A stretch of 64,000 bases of DNA from assembly GCA_031425655.1 (NCBI GenBank), contig JANPJS010000073.1:1-64000 (forward strand), written 5' to 3'. Under the pieces are notes generated by a model. It searched no databases. It saw only the letters and a list, made by a program, of their open reading frames with translations, and was not told the DNA's origin. Of the stretch, positions 17,301 to 26,723 are shown in pieces; position 1 is the stretch's first letter, and each line of letters starts with the position of its first letter. Made by a program: the position numbers and the translations under genes. The DNA is from Abditibacteriaceae bacterium. GTDB lineage: Bacteria > Armatimonadota > Abditibacteriia > Abditibacteriales > Abditibacteriaceae.

Positions 17301-19469
17301 TTAGCGTGCCTTCGCCAGTTTCTTTTTGATTTTGGCGCTCAAAGCGCCGATCTGGGTCGCTTCTTCGATTTTGAGCAGCAAGCCCAACGCCACGAATGCC
17401 ATCATGCCCACGATGCCGGAAAGAGCGACGGATAACAGCATTTTCATTTTGGCAGGACGCTTGACAAGCTCCTGCGGATAAGTGTCTTCGAGCAGCAGGC
17501 GGTTAAGCGCAACGAGACTTTTTCCTTGCGGGTTGCTTTTCATCAAGGCGCGCGTTTCTGGTTTGAGATTGACCTCGTGAAATAATTTTTCATCGTAAAG
17601 ATTCGGGCCTTGCGCCAGACGATTCAACTCAACGATCAAAGCGGCTTTTATCGGTTCGTCGAACGAATCGCCGGCGTTTTTGAGCTGCGCTTGAAAAGCC
17701 GGCGAGGTGCGCCGGAAAAGCGATTGCGACAGCGCGTCGCTGCCATCGCGTAGCCGCAGCATCATGTCGCTGGTGCTTTGCAAATCGTCGCGCACGAACA
17801 AGGCGCCTTGCGGAGCGGTGCCCGCTAATGTCGTCGGGCCGAGCGAGGCGCGTTCTACCCGGCCTGCCAGCTTATCTCCGACGAAACCGGCCACGCCCGC
17901 CGCTACAATGGAAGCCAGCACCACTTTTAGGCAAAAGCCCGCGATTTTGCCGCCTTCGACGCGGCCCAAATGCGGGCGAATCCACGTCCACATCAGCAGG
18001 CATTTAATGCTTTTAGCCAGCGATTCGGCGCCCGCGATGGCGAGCAGGCCCCAGCCGAATGATTGCACGCCCATCGTGGCGAAGAGTATCCATACGACGG
18101 TCGCCAACAGGCCCATAATCGTCGGAGTCCACGCTTTGGTCATGGCGTAAAAGGTTTGGCTGAGCATCATTTCGCAGGAAAACGCGATTAGCCCGATAGT
18201 AAAGCCGATAAACGGGCCGGACATGGCAATCGTGTCGGAGTGCGTGAAGTTGCCGCCTTCCCAGACGGCGCGCAAAAGCGGAAAACGCAGCGCGATGAGA
18301 ATGGCGGTAATCGGCGCGAACGCGAAAATGCAAACGCGCAATGCGCCCATTAAGGTATCGGTGAGCGGCTGCTTATCCTTTTCACGCGCTAAATCGGCCA
18401 AAAACGGAAAAATACCGATGGACAGCGCGTAAGGAAAAAGCTGAATCAGGTTGTCGCCCACGATGCGCGACCATTTGATGGCGGCGCGTCCGGCGCCGAC
18501 GGGAATGAGCGGGCTATCGGTCAAACGCTGCAAATAAATGCCGCGCGATTCGGAAACCACGATGCCGATAATCAGCGGCACAGCCAACATCATGGCCTTG
18601 CGCGTCAAAGGGTCGTTCAAATCAATGCGCGGCCTGAAAAACTTCCATTTGCCGCGCAGTCCCCACACTTGCGGCGCCAATTTCAAAACCGAACCGCAGA
18701 CGTAGCCCAGCGAAATCACCAGCAGCGCGCGGTCGGGCGTGACTTTGAGGTTGGTCATCACGGCGAACAACGCGCCGCCCAAAACGCCGAGTTTCCACAG
18801 CGTGTCGCCGAACGCGGCGAGGGCAAAGCGTTTGTAGCCGTTTAAGAGAACGTAGGTCAGCGACGACATTCCCAGCGCCCACAAACCGACTAACAGCAGG
18901 CGCGTGGTGGAAATCGTCAGCGCGAGTTCTGCCGGACTTGCGCTGGGCGACATATAGTTGATGATGGCCGGCATCGCCAAAAACGAGGCCACGCTCATCA
19001 CCAGCAGCGCGATGGCGGTGAACATCAGCGCCGAAGACGCCAGACGCCATGCGCGTTCTTCGCCTTCTTCTTTCATGGCGCCGATGAAGACCGGCAAAAT
19101 CGCCGGATTCAGCACTTTTTCAAACAAGAGCCAGACGCGCTGCACCAAGTCGGTGGAGACTGCATAAGCATCGGCGTGCCAGCGCAAGCCGAAGTTGCTG
19201 GCAATCAGCGGCTGCGCGATGAAACCGATAACGAAGCGCGCCAGATGCATCACGCCGATGCCGGCGGTGGCTTTGGCCACGCTTTGGCCGGTCGAGCCTT
19301 GCTGCATGGCTGTGGCGCTTTCGCTGCCCAGCATCGAGCTTTCCAGCGATTGCTCGCCGCTTAAAAGCGAGACATCCGGTTCGACAGGTTTATCGGTATT
19401 GCGGCGCAGATGCGGCGTCTCCGACGAAGGCTCGTCCTTTACGTCATCCGGCTTCTGTTCGTTATCCAA
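17301..19469 (-). CDS. murJ: Lipid II flippase MurJ-like protein with soluble insertion before the last TM helix
   Basis: Many TM segments, ADAY, IFPFLA, FYAM...TP pattern of the MviN family. Confidence 0.75.
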   Translation of the reverse strand: MDNEQKPDDVKDEPSSETPHLRRNTDKPVEPDVSLLSGEQSLESSMLGSESATAMQQGSTGQSVAKATAGIGVMHLARFVIGFIAQPLIASNFGLRWHADAYAVSTDLVQRVWLLFEKVLNPAILPVFIGAMKEEGEERAWRLASSALMFTAIALLVMSVASFLAMPAIINYMSPSASPAELALTISTTRLLLVGLWALGMSSLTYVLLNGYKRFALAAFGDTLWKLGVLGGALFAVMTNLKVTPDRALLVISLGYVCGSVLKLAPQVWGLRGKWKFFRPRIDLNDPLTRKAMMLAVPLIIGIVVSESRGIYLQRLTDSPLIPVGAGRAAIKWSRIVGDNLIQLFPYALSIGIFPFLADLAREKDKQPLTDTLMGALRVCIFAFAPITAILIALRFPLLRAVWEGGNFTHSDTIAMSGPFIGFTIGLIAFSCEMMLSQTFYAMTKAWTPTIMGLLATVVWILFATMGVQSFGWGLLAIAGAESLAKSIKCLLMWTWIRPHLGRVEGGKIAGFCLKVVLASIVAAGVAGFVGDKLAGRVERASLGPTTLAGTAPQGALFVRDDLQSTSDMMLRLRDGSDALSQSLFRRTSPAFQAQLKNAGDSFDEPIKAALIVELNRLAQGPNLYDEKLFHEVNLKPETRALMKSNPQGKSLVALNRLLLEDTYPQELVKRPAKMKMLLSVALSGIVGMMAFVALGLLLKIEEATQIGALSAKIKKKLAKAR

Positions 19470-19527
19470 AATCGGCCTCGTATTGAGTATTCAGCGGCAA
19501 AACGGCGTTTTAGACAGGAGGGCAAAG

Positions 19528-19627
19528 GCTTTGATTCACCGTCCTGCCCAGAGGGCGCCCGACGCCAAGAACGCCAAGAGATTTAATTGCTCTTGGCGTT
19601 CTTGGCGTCTTGGCGGTGAATCAAAGC
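19528..19627. repeat. REP-like inverted pair, family A variant, with 19-nt micro-insert
   Basis: gctttgattcaccg...gacgccaagaacgccaagag and its reverse complement. Confidence 0.85.
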
Positions 19628-19693
19628 AGTCCGAGTTGCAAACTTGCGGCTTCGGACATCATTTCCGTGGTGTAGGGCGGCTCCCACACGATT
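19621..19693 (-). pseudogene. Orphan duplicate of the sufT 3' end
   Basis: 61/73 nt identical to 20451-20523; encodes IVWEPPYTTEMMSEAASLQLGLL*. Confidence 0.9.
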
Positions 19694-19700
19694 GCAATAT

Positions 19701-19913
19701 CTATGCAGCTTTGCGCCGGGTAACTTCGGGCAGGGCAATGCGTTCTTTAATTTCTGGGAAATCCTGTTCGAGGGCTTCCAGCAGTTTGGCGGCGCTTTCA
19801 TTGGTGAGGGCGTCGGCGCGCAACTGCTCGGCAACCTCGTGGAGATTGGGAATGGGATGCCCCGGCTCGAATAATTCGTTGATGTGCCCAATGCCTAATG
19901 CCATTTCGCTCAC
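19701..19913 (-). CDS. 70-aa hypothetical protein, partner of the upstream JAB-like gene
   Basis: GTG start overlapping the upstream stop, RBS aaggag. Confidence 0.65.
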   Translation of the reverse strand: MSEMALGIGHINELFEPGHPIPNLHEVAEQLRADALTNESAAKLLEALEQDFPEIKERIALPEVTRRKAA

Positions 19914-20440
19914 TCCTTGAAGAACATAAAACCCTGCGCCATGACCGAACGCACCATGCGTTGGTTAGTTTCGTAAATTTGAGCGGCCCGCGATGCGCTG
20001 TGCGATTCAAATCTATCGGCAGCAAAAGCAGGGTCGGCGCGCACGGCGGCTAACAATCGCTCAAATACAGACCCCAAAACCGAAAGGCCCGGTCTACACG
20101 CAGCCTGAAATTCCCAATCAGCCGGTTTGGAGAGACCGTAAGTTTCATCGGGACAGACGGCCCAGATTTCGGCTACCGGCGCATGACTCGCAAGAACGTC
20201 CCAATCTTCCGGCCCAAAAGCAATATTGGACGGGTGCGTGTGCAAGACCGTAACTCTGGCGCCTGCCGCTATCCTTTTCCAATCGGGCGTCACCGCATCC
20301 GAAGTGCCGATTTGAAAATCCAGGTGTTGCCCCGTCGTGCGGTCAACGCTGATGGAAGCCTCACTTCCTCCCCTTTGTGCCAAAGAGCGCAAAATATCGA
20401 GTGCGGATTTCAGCCCATCACGATAACCGGCTTCATCCAT
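19910..20440 (-). CDS. Putative JAB/MPN-like metalloprotein
   Basis: Upstream Glu plus LHTHPSNIAFGPED (HxH-x6-G-x2-D, JAMM-like). Confidence 0.55.
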   Translation of the reverse strand: MDEAGYRDGLKSALDILRSLAQRGGSEASISVDRTTGQHLDFQIGTSDAVTPDWKRIAAGARVTVLHTHPSNIAFGPEDWDVLASHAPVAEIWAVCPDETYGLSKPADWEFQAACRPGLSVLGSVFERLLAAVRADPAFAADRFESHSASRAAQIYETNQRMVRSVMAQGFMFFKE

Positions 20441-20450
20441 TGGTGGCCTT

Positions 20451-20867
20451 TTAAAGCAATCCGAGTTGTAAACGGGCGGCTTCGGACATCATCTCCATCG
20501 TATAGGGTGGATCCCAGACGATTTCGACATTCACATCTTTGATGCCGGGAAGGGAAGCGATTTTGTTTTCGACTTCAATCGGCAAGGTGCCGGCGACCGG
20601 GCAGGCCGGCGAAGTCAGCGTCATCAGGATTTCAACTTCGCTTTGCGGCGTGATTTTAATGGCGTAAATCAGGCCGAGTTCGTAGATGTCAACCGGGATT
20701 TCCGGGTCGTAAATCGTGCAGAGCGTTTCGATGATTTTCTGTTCCAGCAAGCGCTCTTTGATGCCGGTGTTTTCGCTTTCGGGCGTGGTATCGGTGGCGT
20801 TCAGTGCGCCATCAAGCAGCTTTTGCGCGGGCGTCGGTTCGTTGTCGAGAGAAAGAATGTTACTCAT
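20451..20867 (-). CDS. sufT: Fe-S cluster assembly protein SufT (DUF59)
   Basis: IYDPEIPVDIYELGLIY; MTLTSPACP. Confidence 0.9.
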   Translation of the reverse strand: MSNILSLDNEPTPAQKLLDGALNATDTTPESENTGIKERLLEQKIIETLCTIYDPEIPVDIYELGLIYAIKITPQSEVEILMTLTSPACPVAGTLPIEVENKIASLPGIKDVNVEIVWDPPYTMEMMSEAARLQLGLL

Positions 20868-20883
20868 GGTTGCTCCTATTTCA

Positions 20884-20985
20884 AATGGAACACGGATTTC
20901 ACGGAAACGACCACGGATAAACACGGATTTTTCTGTGGGTTGAACAGCGAAAATCTGTGTTTATCCGTGAAATCCGTGTTCCATT
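20884..20985. repeat. REP-like inverted pair, family B
   Basis: aatggaacacggatttcacgga...ccgtgaaatccgtgttccatt. Confidence 0.85.
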
Positions 20986-21415
20986 AAACGTGCTGTGCGG
21001 CTAAAATTTTGATGCGCTGCACCATACCGTCCAAGCCGTTGCGACGGCCCGAAGTCAAGTGTTGGTCGAGTCCAAGTCGTTGCAGCAGGCCGGTGATGTC
21101 GAAGGACAGGATATTTTGAGGCGTCTGGCCCGCATAAACTTTTCGCAAAATGGCGATTAAGCCCTTGACGATTAAAGCGTCGCTATCGGCGATGAAGTCA
21201 ATCGTCGTCTGATCGTTTTCTTGGCGCGGGCGCGCCACCATCCATACCTGACTTTGGCAGCCGTGAACGCGATTGGCTTCGATTTTTTCGCTGTCATCAA
21301 GCGGCGGCAGCTTTTTGCCGAAGTCAATCAGAACGCCGTAACGGTCTTCCCACGAGTCGAACATCTCGAAGGTTTCCACCAAGTCGTCGGCGATTTCTTG
21401 TTGATTCTCAGTCAT
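20984..21415 (-). CDS. sufE: Cysteine desulfuration protein SufE
   Basis: VHGCQSQVW, DSDALIVKGL, RRNGL. Confidence 0.92.
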   Translation of the reverse strand: MTENQQEIADDLVETFEMFDSWEDRYGVLIDFGKKLPPLDDSEKIEANRVHGCQSQVWMVARPRQENDQTTIDFIADSDALIVKGLIAILRKVYAGQTPQNILSFDITGLLQRLGLDQHLTSGRRNGLDGMVQRIKILAAQHV

Positions 21416-21422
21416 GATTTTA

Positions 21423-21528
21423 TTCACCGCCGAGACGCGGAGAACGCAGAGATTTTTGAGATTACGTCAAAGCTAACGCTCGGAAAATCTCTTTGTATTC
21501 TCAGCGTCCTCTGCGTCTCGGCGGTGAA
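21423..21528. repeat. REP-like inverted pair, family A
   Basis: ttcaccgccgagacgc...gcgtctcggcggtgaa. Confidence 0.85.
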
Positions 21529-21529
21529 A

Positions 21530-22756
21530 TTAAAGCAGCATTTCGCGCGCTTTTTTCACGGCGGTGACGAAAATATCTACCTCATCTTCAGTGTTGTAAA
21601 ACGCGAACGAGGCCCGCGCCGTTGCTGTTAATCCAAGGCGCGTCATCAACGGTTGCGTGCAGTGATGGCCGGTGCGAATCGCTACGCCGCGCGCGTCAAG
21701 CAGGGCGCCGATGTCTTGAGGATGCGCGCCGGGAATTACGAAGGAAAGAATGCTCGCCTTGTGTTTCGCCAGCCCGACGATGCGAAAATCTTCGATGCCT
21801 TGCACCGCTTGAGTCGCGTAATCGAGCAATTTCGCTTCGTGCGCCGCGATATTTTCCAGTCCGAGATTTTCCACGTAGTCAATGGCCGCCGCAAGGCCAA
21901 TCACGCCGGAAATATCGGGCGTGCCGGCCTCGAATTTATGCGGCAGCACGTTGTATTCGGTTTTCTCCCAGCTTACGCTGGAAATCATGTCGCCGCCGCC
22001 CTGCCACGGCGGCATCGCTTCCAAGAGTTCGGCTTTGCCGTAAAGCGCACCGATGCCAGTCGGGGCGCAGAGCTTGTGGCCGCTAAAAGCGTAAAAATCG
22101 GCGTCCAAATCCTGCACGTCCACTTTTGTGTGCGGAACGGCCTGTGCGCCGTCTATCAGCACTTTTGCGCCGGTTGCGTGCGCCATTTCGATCATGTGTT
22201 TGACCGGGTTGACCGTGCCCAGCGCGTTGGAAATATGCACAATTGCGACGAGTTTCACGCGACCTGAAGCCAGCAAAGTTTCGTATTCGTCGAGCAAAAT
22301 TTCGCCCGCGTCGTTGATGGGAATGACTTTAATTTTCGCGCCGGTCGCTTCGCAGAGCATCTGCCACGGCACGATGTTCGAGTGATGCTCCATCGCCGAA
22401 AGCAGAATTTCGTCGCCCGATTTTAAGTTTGCCCGCCCCCAACTGTTTGCGACCAAGTTAATCGCTTCGGTCGTGCCGCGCGTGAAAATTATCTCGCGCG
22501 ATTCCTTCGCGTTGAGAAGTCGCTGCACGCTTTCGCGGCCTTCCTGATAAGCGCGCGTCGCGGTTTCGCTGAGATAATGCACCGCGCGATGAATGTTGGC
22601 GTTTTGCGCCGTGTAATAATGCGTCAGCGCGTCAAGCACAGCCTGTGGCTTTTGGCTTGTCGCGGCATTATCGAGATAAATTAAAGGCTTGCCACGCACC
22701 TGCATTTGCAGAATCGGAAAATCGGCGCGCACTTTTTGAACGTCGAAGGTTTTCAT
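21530..22756 (-). CDS. sufS: Cysteine desulfurase SufS
   Basis: YLDNAATSQKP, FSGHK, RTGHHC. Confidence 0.95.
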   Translation of the reverse strand: MKTFDVQKVRADFPILQMQVRGKPLIYLDNAATSQKPQAVLDALTHYYTAQNANIHRAVHYLSETATRAYQEGRESVQRLLNAKESREIIFTRGTTEAINLVANSWGRANLKSGDEILLSAMEHHSNIVPWQMLCEATGAKIKVIPINDAGEILLDEYETLLASGRVKLVAIVHISNALGTVNPVKHMIEMAHATGAKVLIDGAQAVPHTKVDVQDLDADFYAFSGHKLCAPTGIGALYGKAELLEAMPPWQGGGDMISSVSWEKTEYNVLPHKFEAGTPDISGVIGLAAAIDYVENLGLENIAAHEAKLLDYATQAVQGIEDFRIVGLAKHKASILSFVIPGAHPQDIGALLDARGVAIRTGHHCTQPLMTRLGLTATARASFAFYNTEDEVDIFVTAVKKAREMLL

Positions 22757-22820
22757 GGGTTTTGGGTTTTGGGTTTTGGGTTTTGGGCAACTAACACCCA
22801 GCACCCAGAACCCGAAACCC
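22756..22820. repeat. Inverted heptamer array (TTTTGGG/degenerate complement)
   Basis: Directly visible between sufD and sufS. Confidence 0.8.
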
Positions 22821-22822
22821 CG

Positions 22823-24145
22823 TTATCGCACACTTTGCAATTTGGCGAAGAGTTCGCGTTCGAGGCGCTCACGCAGCGGCGCGACTTTGATGCGTTCCAA
22901 AATATCGCTGGCGAAGGCGTGCGTGAGAATATCCTGCGCGGCCTCTTTGTTTATGCCGCGTGCGCGCAGATAAAATAGCGCGTCGTCGTCGAGTTGGCCA
23001 ATGGTGGCGCCGTGCGTGCATTTCACGTCGTCGGCGAAGATTTCGAGCTGCGGTTTGGCGTCAATTTCGGCTTCGCGCGACAAAAGCAGCGTGCGATTGC
23101 TTTGCTTGGCGTCGGTTTTTTGCGCGTCCAAGCGCACGAAAATCTTGCCGTTGAACACGCCGCGCGACTTGCCCGCCAAAATTCCCGCGTAATGCTCGTG
23201 GCTGGCGCAGTGCGGCTGGGCGTGATCCATAATGGTGTGATTATCAATCACTTGATCCGCGCCGCCGACGTAAAGGCCGTTCAGCGTGGTTTCGATATTG
23301 GTGCCGCCCATCACGGCGTTGCCCTGATTACGCACCAATCTGCCGCCAAAAGTAATTGCGTGCGACGAAAAGCGGCAATCGCGGTCTTGTTGCACTTGCA
23401 TCGTGGCGACGTGATAGGCCGCGTCGGCTTCGAGAACCAGTTTATGATGATCCACTTCGGCGTTTTTGCCGACCGAAACTTCGGTCACTGCGTTGCAAAA
23501 ATAAGCGGTTTCGCTCGCGCTTTTGCCCGCATATTCTTCGATAATCGTCACTTTGCTGTTATCGCCGACTAAAAACAAATTGCGCGGCTGGCTTTGCGTG
23601 CCGCCTGCCGAAAGAAACAGCAGATGAATCGGCGCTTCGATAACTACGTTGTTCGGGACGTGAACGAGCGCGCCATCCTCGAAAAACGCCGTGTTGAGCG
23701 CGACAAATGCTTCGTTTTCAAAACCGGCAAAGCGCGCCAGATTTTGCTGCACGATTTCGCTGTGATTCGCCAGCGCTTCGGCGATGCTGCAAACCGTGAC
23801 GCCTTCGGGCAACGCGCCAATTTGCGAAAGCTCCGGCGCGAAACGGCCATTGAACCACACCAAACGATGCGCGCCGTCTAAGGCCCACTTTTGTGGCCCG
23901 GCAGTCGCCAAACCGTTTAAGCTGGGCGCCTCATTCTGCGTTTCAAAGCGCGCAATCGGACGCACGTCGGTATATTTCCATTCTTCGTGGCGCGTGGTCG
24001 GAAAACCCAATGCGGCGAAGCGTTCAAGGGCGCGCGAACGCAAATCACGCAGCCATTGGGCCTCGTGACCGCGCTCGATGGTAAACGCCGCGTGCTGCAT
24101 GACGTAGCGGCCCTGCGCGGCGTCAAGTTCGGAAAGCGTTTTCAT
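22823..24145 (-). CDS. sufD: Fe-S cluster assembly protein SufD
   Basis: EEWKYTD; KPQLEIFADDVKCTHGAT. Confidence 0.95.
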   Translation of the reverse strand: MKTLSELDAAQGRYVMQHAAFTIERGHEAQWLRDLRSRALERFAALGFPTTRHEEWKYTDVRPIARFETQNEAPSLNGLATAGPQKWALDGAHRLVWFNGRFAPELSQIGALPEGVTVCSIAEALANHSEIVQQNLARFAGFENEAFVALNTAFFEDGALVHVPNNVVIEAPIHLLFLSAGGTQSQPRNLFLVGDNSKVTIIEEYAGKSASETAYFCNAVTEVSVGKNAEVDHHKLVLEADAAYHVATMQVQQDRDCRFSSHAITFGGRLVRNQGNAVMGGTNIETTLNGLYVGGADQVIDNHTIMDHAQPHCASHEHYAGILAGKSRGVFNGKIFVRLDAQKTDAKQSNRTLLLSREAEIDAKPQLEIFADDVKCTHGATIGQLDDDALFYLRARGINKEAAQDILTHAFASDILERIKVAPLRERLERELFAKLQSVR

Positions 24146-24909
24146 CGCGCCGCCTCTTGAAGCTGCTTGTAGCCGCTGGTGTCGAGGTCAATCGCCAGTT
24201 GCTTATCGCCGGTTTGCACGATGCGCCCGTCCATCAAAATGTGCACGAAATCCGGCACGATATAGTTGAGCAAACGCTGATAATGCGTCACGACGACGAA
24301 GGCGTTTCCTTCGTTTTTCAGCGTGTTCACGCCGTTGGCGACGATGCGCAGCGCGTCAATATCGAGGCCGGAATCGGTTTCGTCTAAAATGCCCAACGTC
24401 GGTTCCAAAACCGCCATCTGGAAGATTTCAAAGCGCTTTTTTTCGCCGCCGGAAAAGCCTTCGTTGATTGAGCGGCTGAGAAAGCTCTTGTCCAATTCGA
24501 CAATGCCCATTTTCTGGCGCACCAGCTTGAGAAACTGCGTGGCGTCCATTTCTTCTTCGCCGTGCGCTTTGCGAATGGAATTTAAGGCCGCGCGCAGAAA
24601 ATACGATGTGTTGACGCCGGGAATTTCAACGGGATATTGAAACGCGAGAAACACGCCTTTTTGGGCACGTTCGTCGGGCGCCATATCGAGCAGATTTTCG
24701 CCTTTATAAAGCACTTCGCCCTGCGTCACTTCGTATTCTTCGCGGCCCGCCAGCACTTGCGCCAGTGTGCTTTTGCCGGAACCGTTCAGGCCCATAATCG
24801 CGTGCGTTTCTCCAGCGTTAACCGTCAAATTGATGCCGCGCAGAATCTCTTTGTCTTCGACTCGCGCGTGCAAATCACGAATTTCTAAAATAACTTGTTT
24901 TTCTTGCAT
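24142..24909 (-). CDS. sufC: Fe-S cluster assembly ATPase SufC
   Basis: GLNGSGKST, FQYPVEIPG, GFSGGEKKR, DETDSGLD. Confidence 0.95.
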   Translation of the reverse strand: MQEKQVILEIRDLHARVEDKEILRGINLTVNAGETHAIMGLNGSGKSTLAQVLAGREEYEVTQGEVLYKGENLLDMAPDERAQKGVFLAFQYPVEIPGVNTSYFLRAALNSIRKAHGEEEMDATQFLKLVRQKMGIVELDKSFLSRSINEGFSGGEKKRFEIFQMAVLEPTLGILDETDSGLDIDALRIVANGVNTLKNEGNAFVVVTHYQRLLNYIVPDFVHILMDGRIVQTGDKQLAIDLDTSGYKQLQEAAR

Positions 24910-24919
24910 GATGTTTTGA

Positions 24920-25047
24920 TTCACCGCCGAGACGCGGAGAACGCAGAGATAATTTGAGAAAAATGGAGATCGAGTTTTCGCTCTTTACTCTCTAAATCTC
25001 GTGTTTTCTCAAATTATCTCTGCGCTCTCCGCGTCCTCTGCGGTGCA
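24920..25047. repeat. REP-like inverted pair, family A
   Basis: ttcaccgccgagacgcggagaacgcagag...ctctgcgctctccgcgtcctctgcggtg. Confidence 0.85.
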
Positions 25048-25054
25048 ATTTTGT

Positions 25055-26500
25055 TTAGCCGACGCTGCCTTCGAGGCTGATGCCGAGCAGTTTTTGCGCT
25101 TCGACGGCGAATTCCATCGGCAATTCGCGGAAGACTTCCTTACAAAAGCCGTTGACGATCATGCCGACGGCGTCTTCGCTCGAAATGCCGCGCTGATTGA
25201 GATAAAAAATCTGGTCTTCGCCGACTTTGGAAGTTGAGGCTTCGTGTTCGACGCGCGCCGTCGGGTTTTTTACTTCGATATACGGAAAAGTGTGCGCGCC
25301 GCAGCGGTCGCCAATTAACAGCGAGTCGCATTGCGAAAAGTTGCGCGCGTTTTCGGCGCCTTTGAGAATGTTCACCAAACCGCGATACGAATTATGCGAC
25401 TTGCCCGCCGAAATGCCCTTGGAGACAATCGTGCTGCGCGTGTTTTTGCCGATGTGAATCATTTTCGTGCCCGTATCGGCCAATTGGCGATTGTTGGTGA
25501 CGGCGACCGAATAAAACTCGCCGACCGAATTATCACCCTGCAAAATCACGCTCGGATATTTCCACGTAATCGCCGAGCCGGTTTCGACCTGCGTCCACGA
25601 AATTTTCGAGTTCGCGCCGCGGCAGGCGCCGCGCTTAGTCACGAAATTGTAAATGCCGCCCTTGCCGTCTTTGTCGCCGGGATACCAGTTTTGCACCGTC
25701 GAATACTTGACCTGTGCATCTTTCATCGCCACGATTTCCACAACGGCGGCGTGCAACTGATTTTCGTCGCGCATCGGCGCCGTGCAGCCTTCGAGATACG
25801 AAACGTAAGAGCCTTCGTCGGCCACGATCAGCGTGCGCTCGAACTGCCCGCTGCCCGCCGTGTTGATGCGAAAATAAGTGCTTAGCTCCATCGGACAGCG
25901 CACGCCCTGCGGGATGTAGCAAAAGCTGCCGTCGGTAAAAACCGCCGAGTTGAGCGCCGCGTAAAAGTTGTCGCCCGCAGGCACGACCGAACCCATATAT
26001 TTCTGAATAAGTTCGGGATGCTCTTGAACCGCTTCGGAAAAAGAGCTGAAAATGATGCCCATTTCCTTGAGTTTGTCTTTGAAAGTCGTGGCCACCGAAA
26101 CGCTGTCGAAAACCGCGTCTACGGCCACGCCCGACAAGCGCATTTGCTCGACTAAACTGATGCCCAATTTGTCGAAAGTCGCGCGCAATTCCGGGTCAAC
26201 TTCGTCCATCGAGTTCAGTTGCTTCTTTTGTTTGGGCGCCGCGTAATAAATGACATCCTGATAATCAATCTTTGGATAATCGGCGTTCAGCCAGTGCGGT
26301 TCGGTTAAGGTCAGCCAGTGGCGATAGGCTTTCAAGCGCCATTCGAGCATCCATTCCGGCTCGTTTTTCTTGGCCGAAATCGCGCGAACGGTGTCCTCGT
26401 TTAAGCCTCGCTCCAACGTCTCGGTTTCGATGTCGGTGATGAAGCCATATTTATATTCTTGAGTCGCTAAATACTCAATTGTGCTGGTGTCTGTGTTCAT
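25055..26500 (-). CDS. sufB: Fe-S cluster assembly protein SufB
   Basis: [31 protein letters not shown]. Confidence 0.97.
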   Translation of the reverse strand: MNTDTSTIEYLATQEYKYGFITDIETETLERGLNEDTVRAISAKKNEPEWMLEWRLKAYRHWLTLTEPHWLNADYPKIDYQDVIYYAAPKQKKQLNSMDEVDPELRATFDKLGISLVEQMRLSGVAVDAVFDSVSVATTFKDKLKEMGIIFSSFSEAVQEHPELIQKYMGSVVPAGDNFYAALNSAVFTDGSFCYIPQGVRCPMELSTYFRINTAGSGQFERTLIVADEGSYVSYLEGCTAPMRDENQLHAAVVEIVAMKDAQVKYSTVQNWYPGDKDGKGGIYNFVTKRGACRGANSKISWTQVETGSAITWKYPSVILQGDNSVGEFYSVAVTNNRQLADTGTKMIHIGKNTRSTIVSKGISAGKSHNSYRGLVNILKGAENARNFSQCDSLLIGDRCGAHTFPYIEVKNPTARVEHEASTSKVGEDQIFYLNQRGISSEDAVGMIVNGFCKEVFRELPMEFAVEAQKLLGISLEGSVG

Positions 26501-26598
26501 GGTGTTCCTTGCGGTGCAAACGAAAACTCGCTTGCTTCAAACGTAAACAGCACGTTTGAAATCGCCTTCTGCTCCACTGTTTTACTATGAGAAGTGAT

Positions 26599-26623
26599 AA
26601 TTCCAAGTAAAACAGTCGGATTT
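26599..26623 (-). promoter_or_regulatory. Possible IscR/Rrf2-type operator upstream of sufB
   Basis: Minus strand AAATCCGACTGTTTTACTTGGAATT immediately after a TACAAT -10-like hexamer. Confidence 0.4.
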
Positions 26624-26723
26624 AATTGTAGCGCAAATTCATCGCCTTTGCACGAAGAAAACCGCTTGACTTAGCAGAGAAGGGATTAGCGGTCGAAGCA
26701 AAAAATACCGGCCATTAATGAAA

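Noticed and set aside
19621..20523. sufT tail duplicate as a DGR template/variable repeat pair
   Set aside because: Mismatches are not adenine-specific on either strand and no reverse transcriptase is in the window
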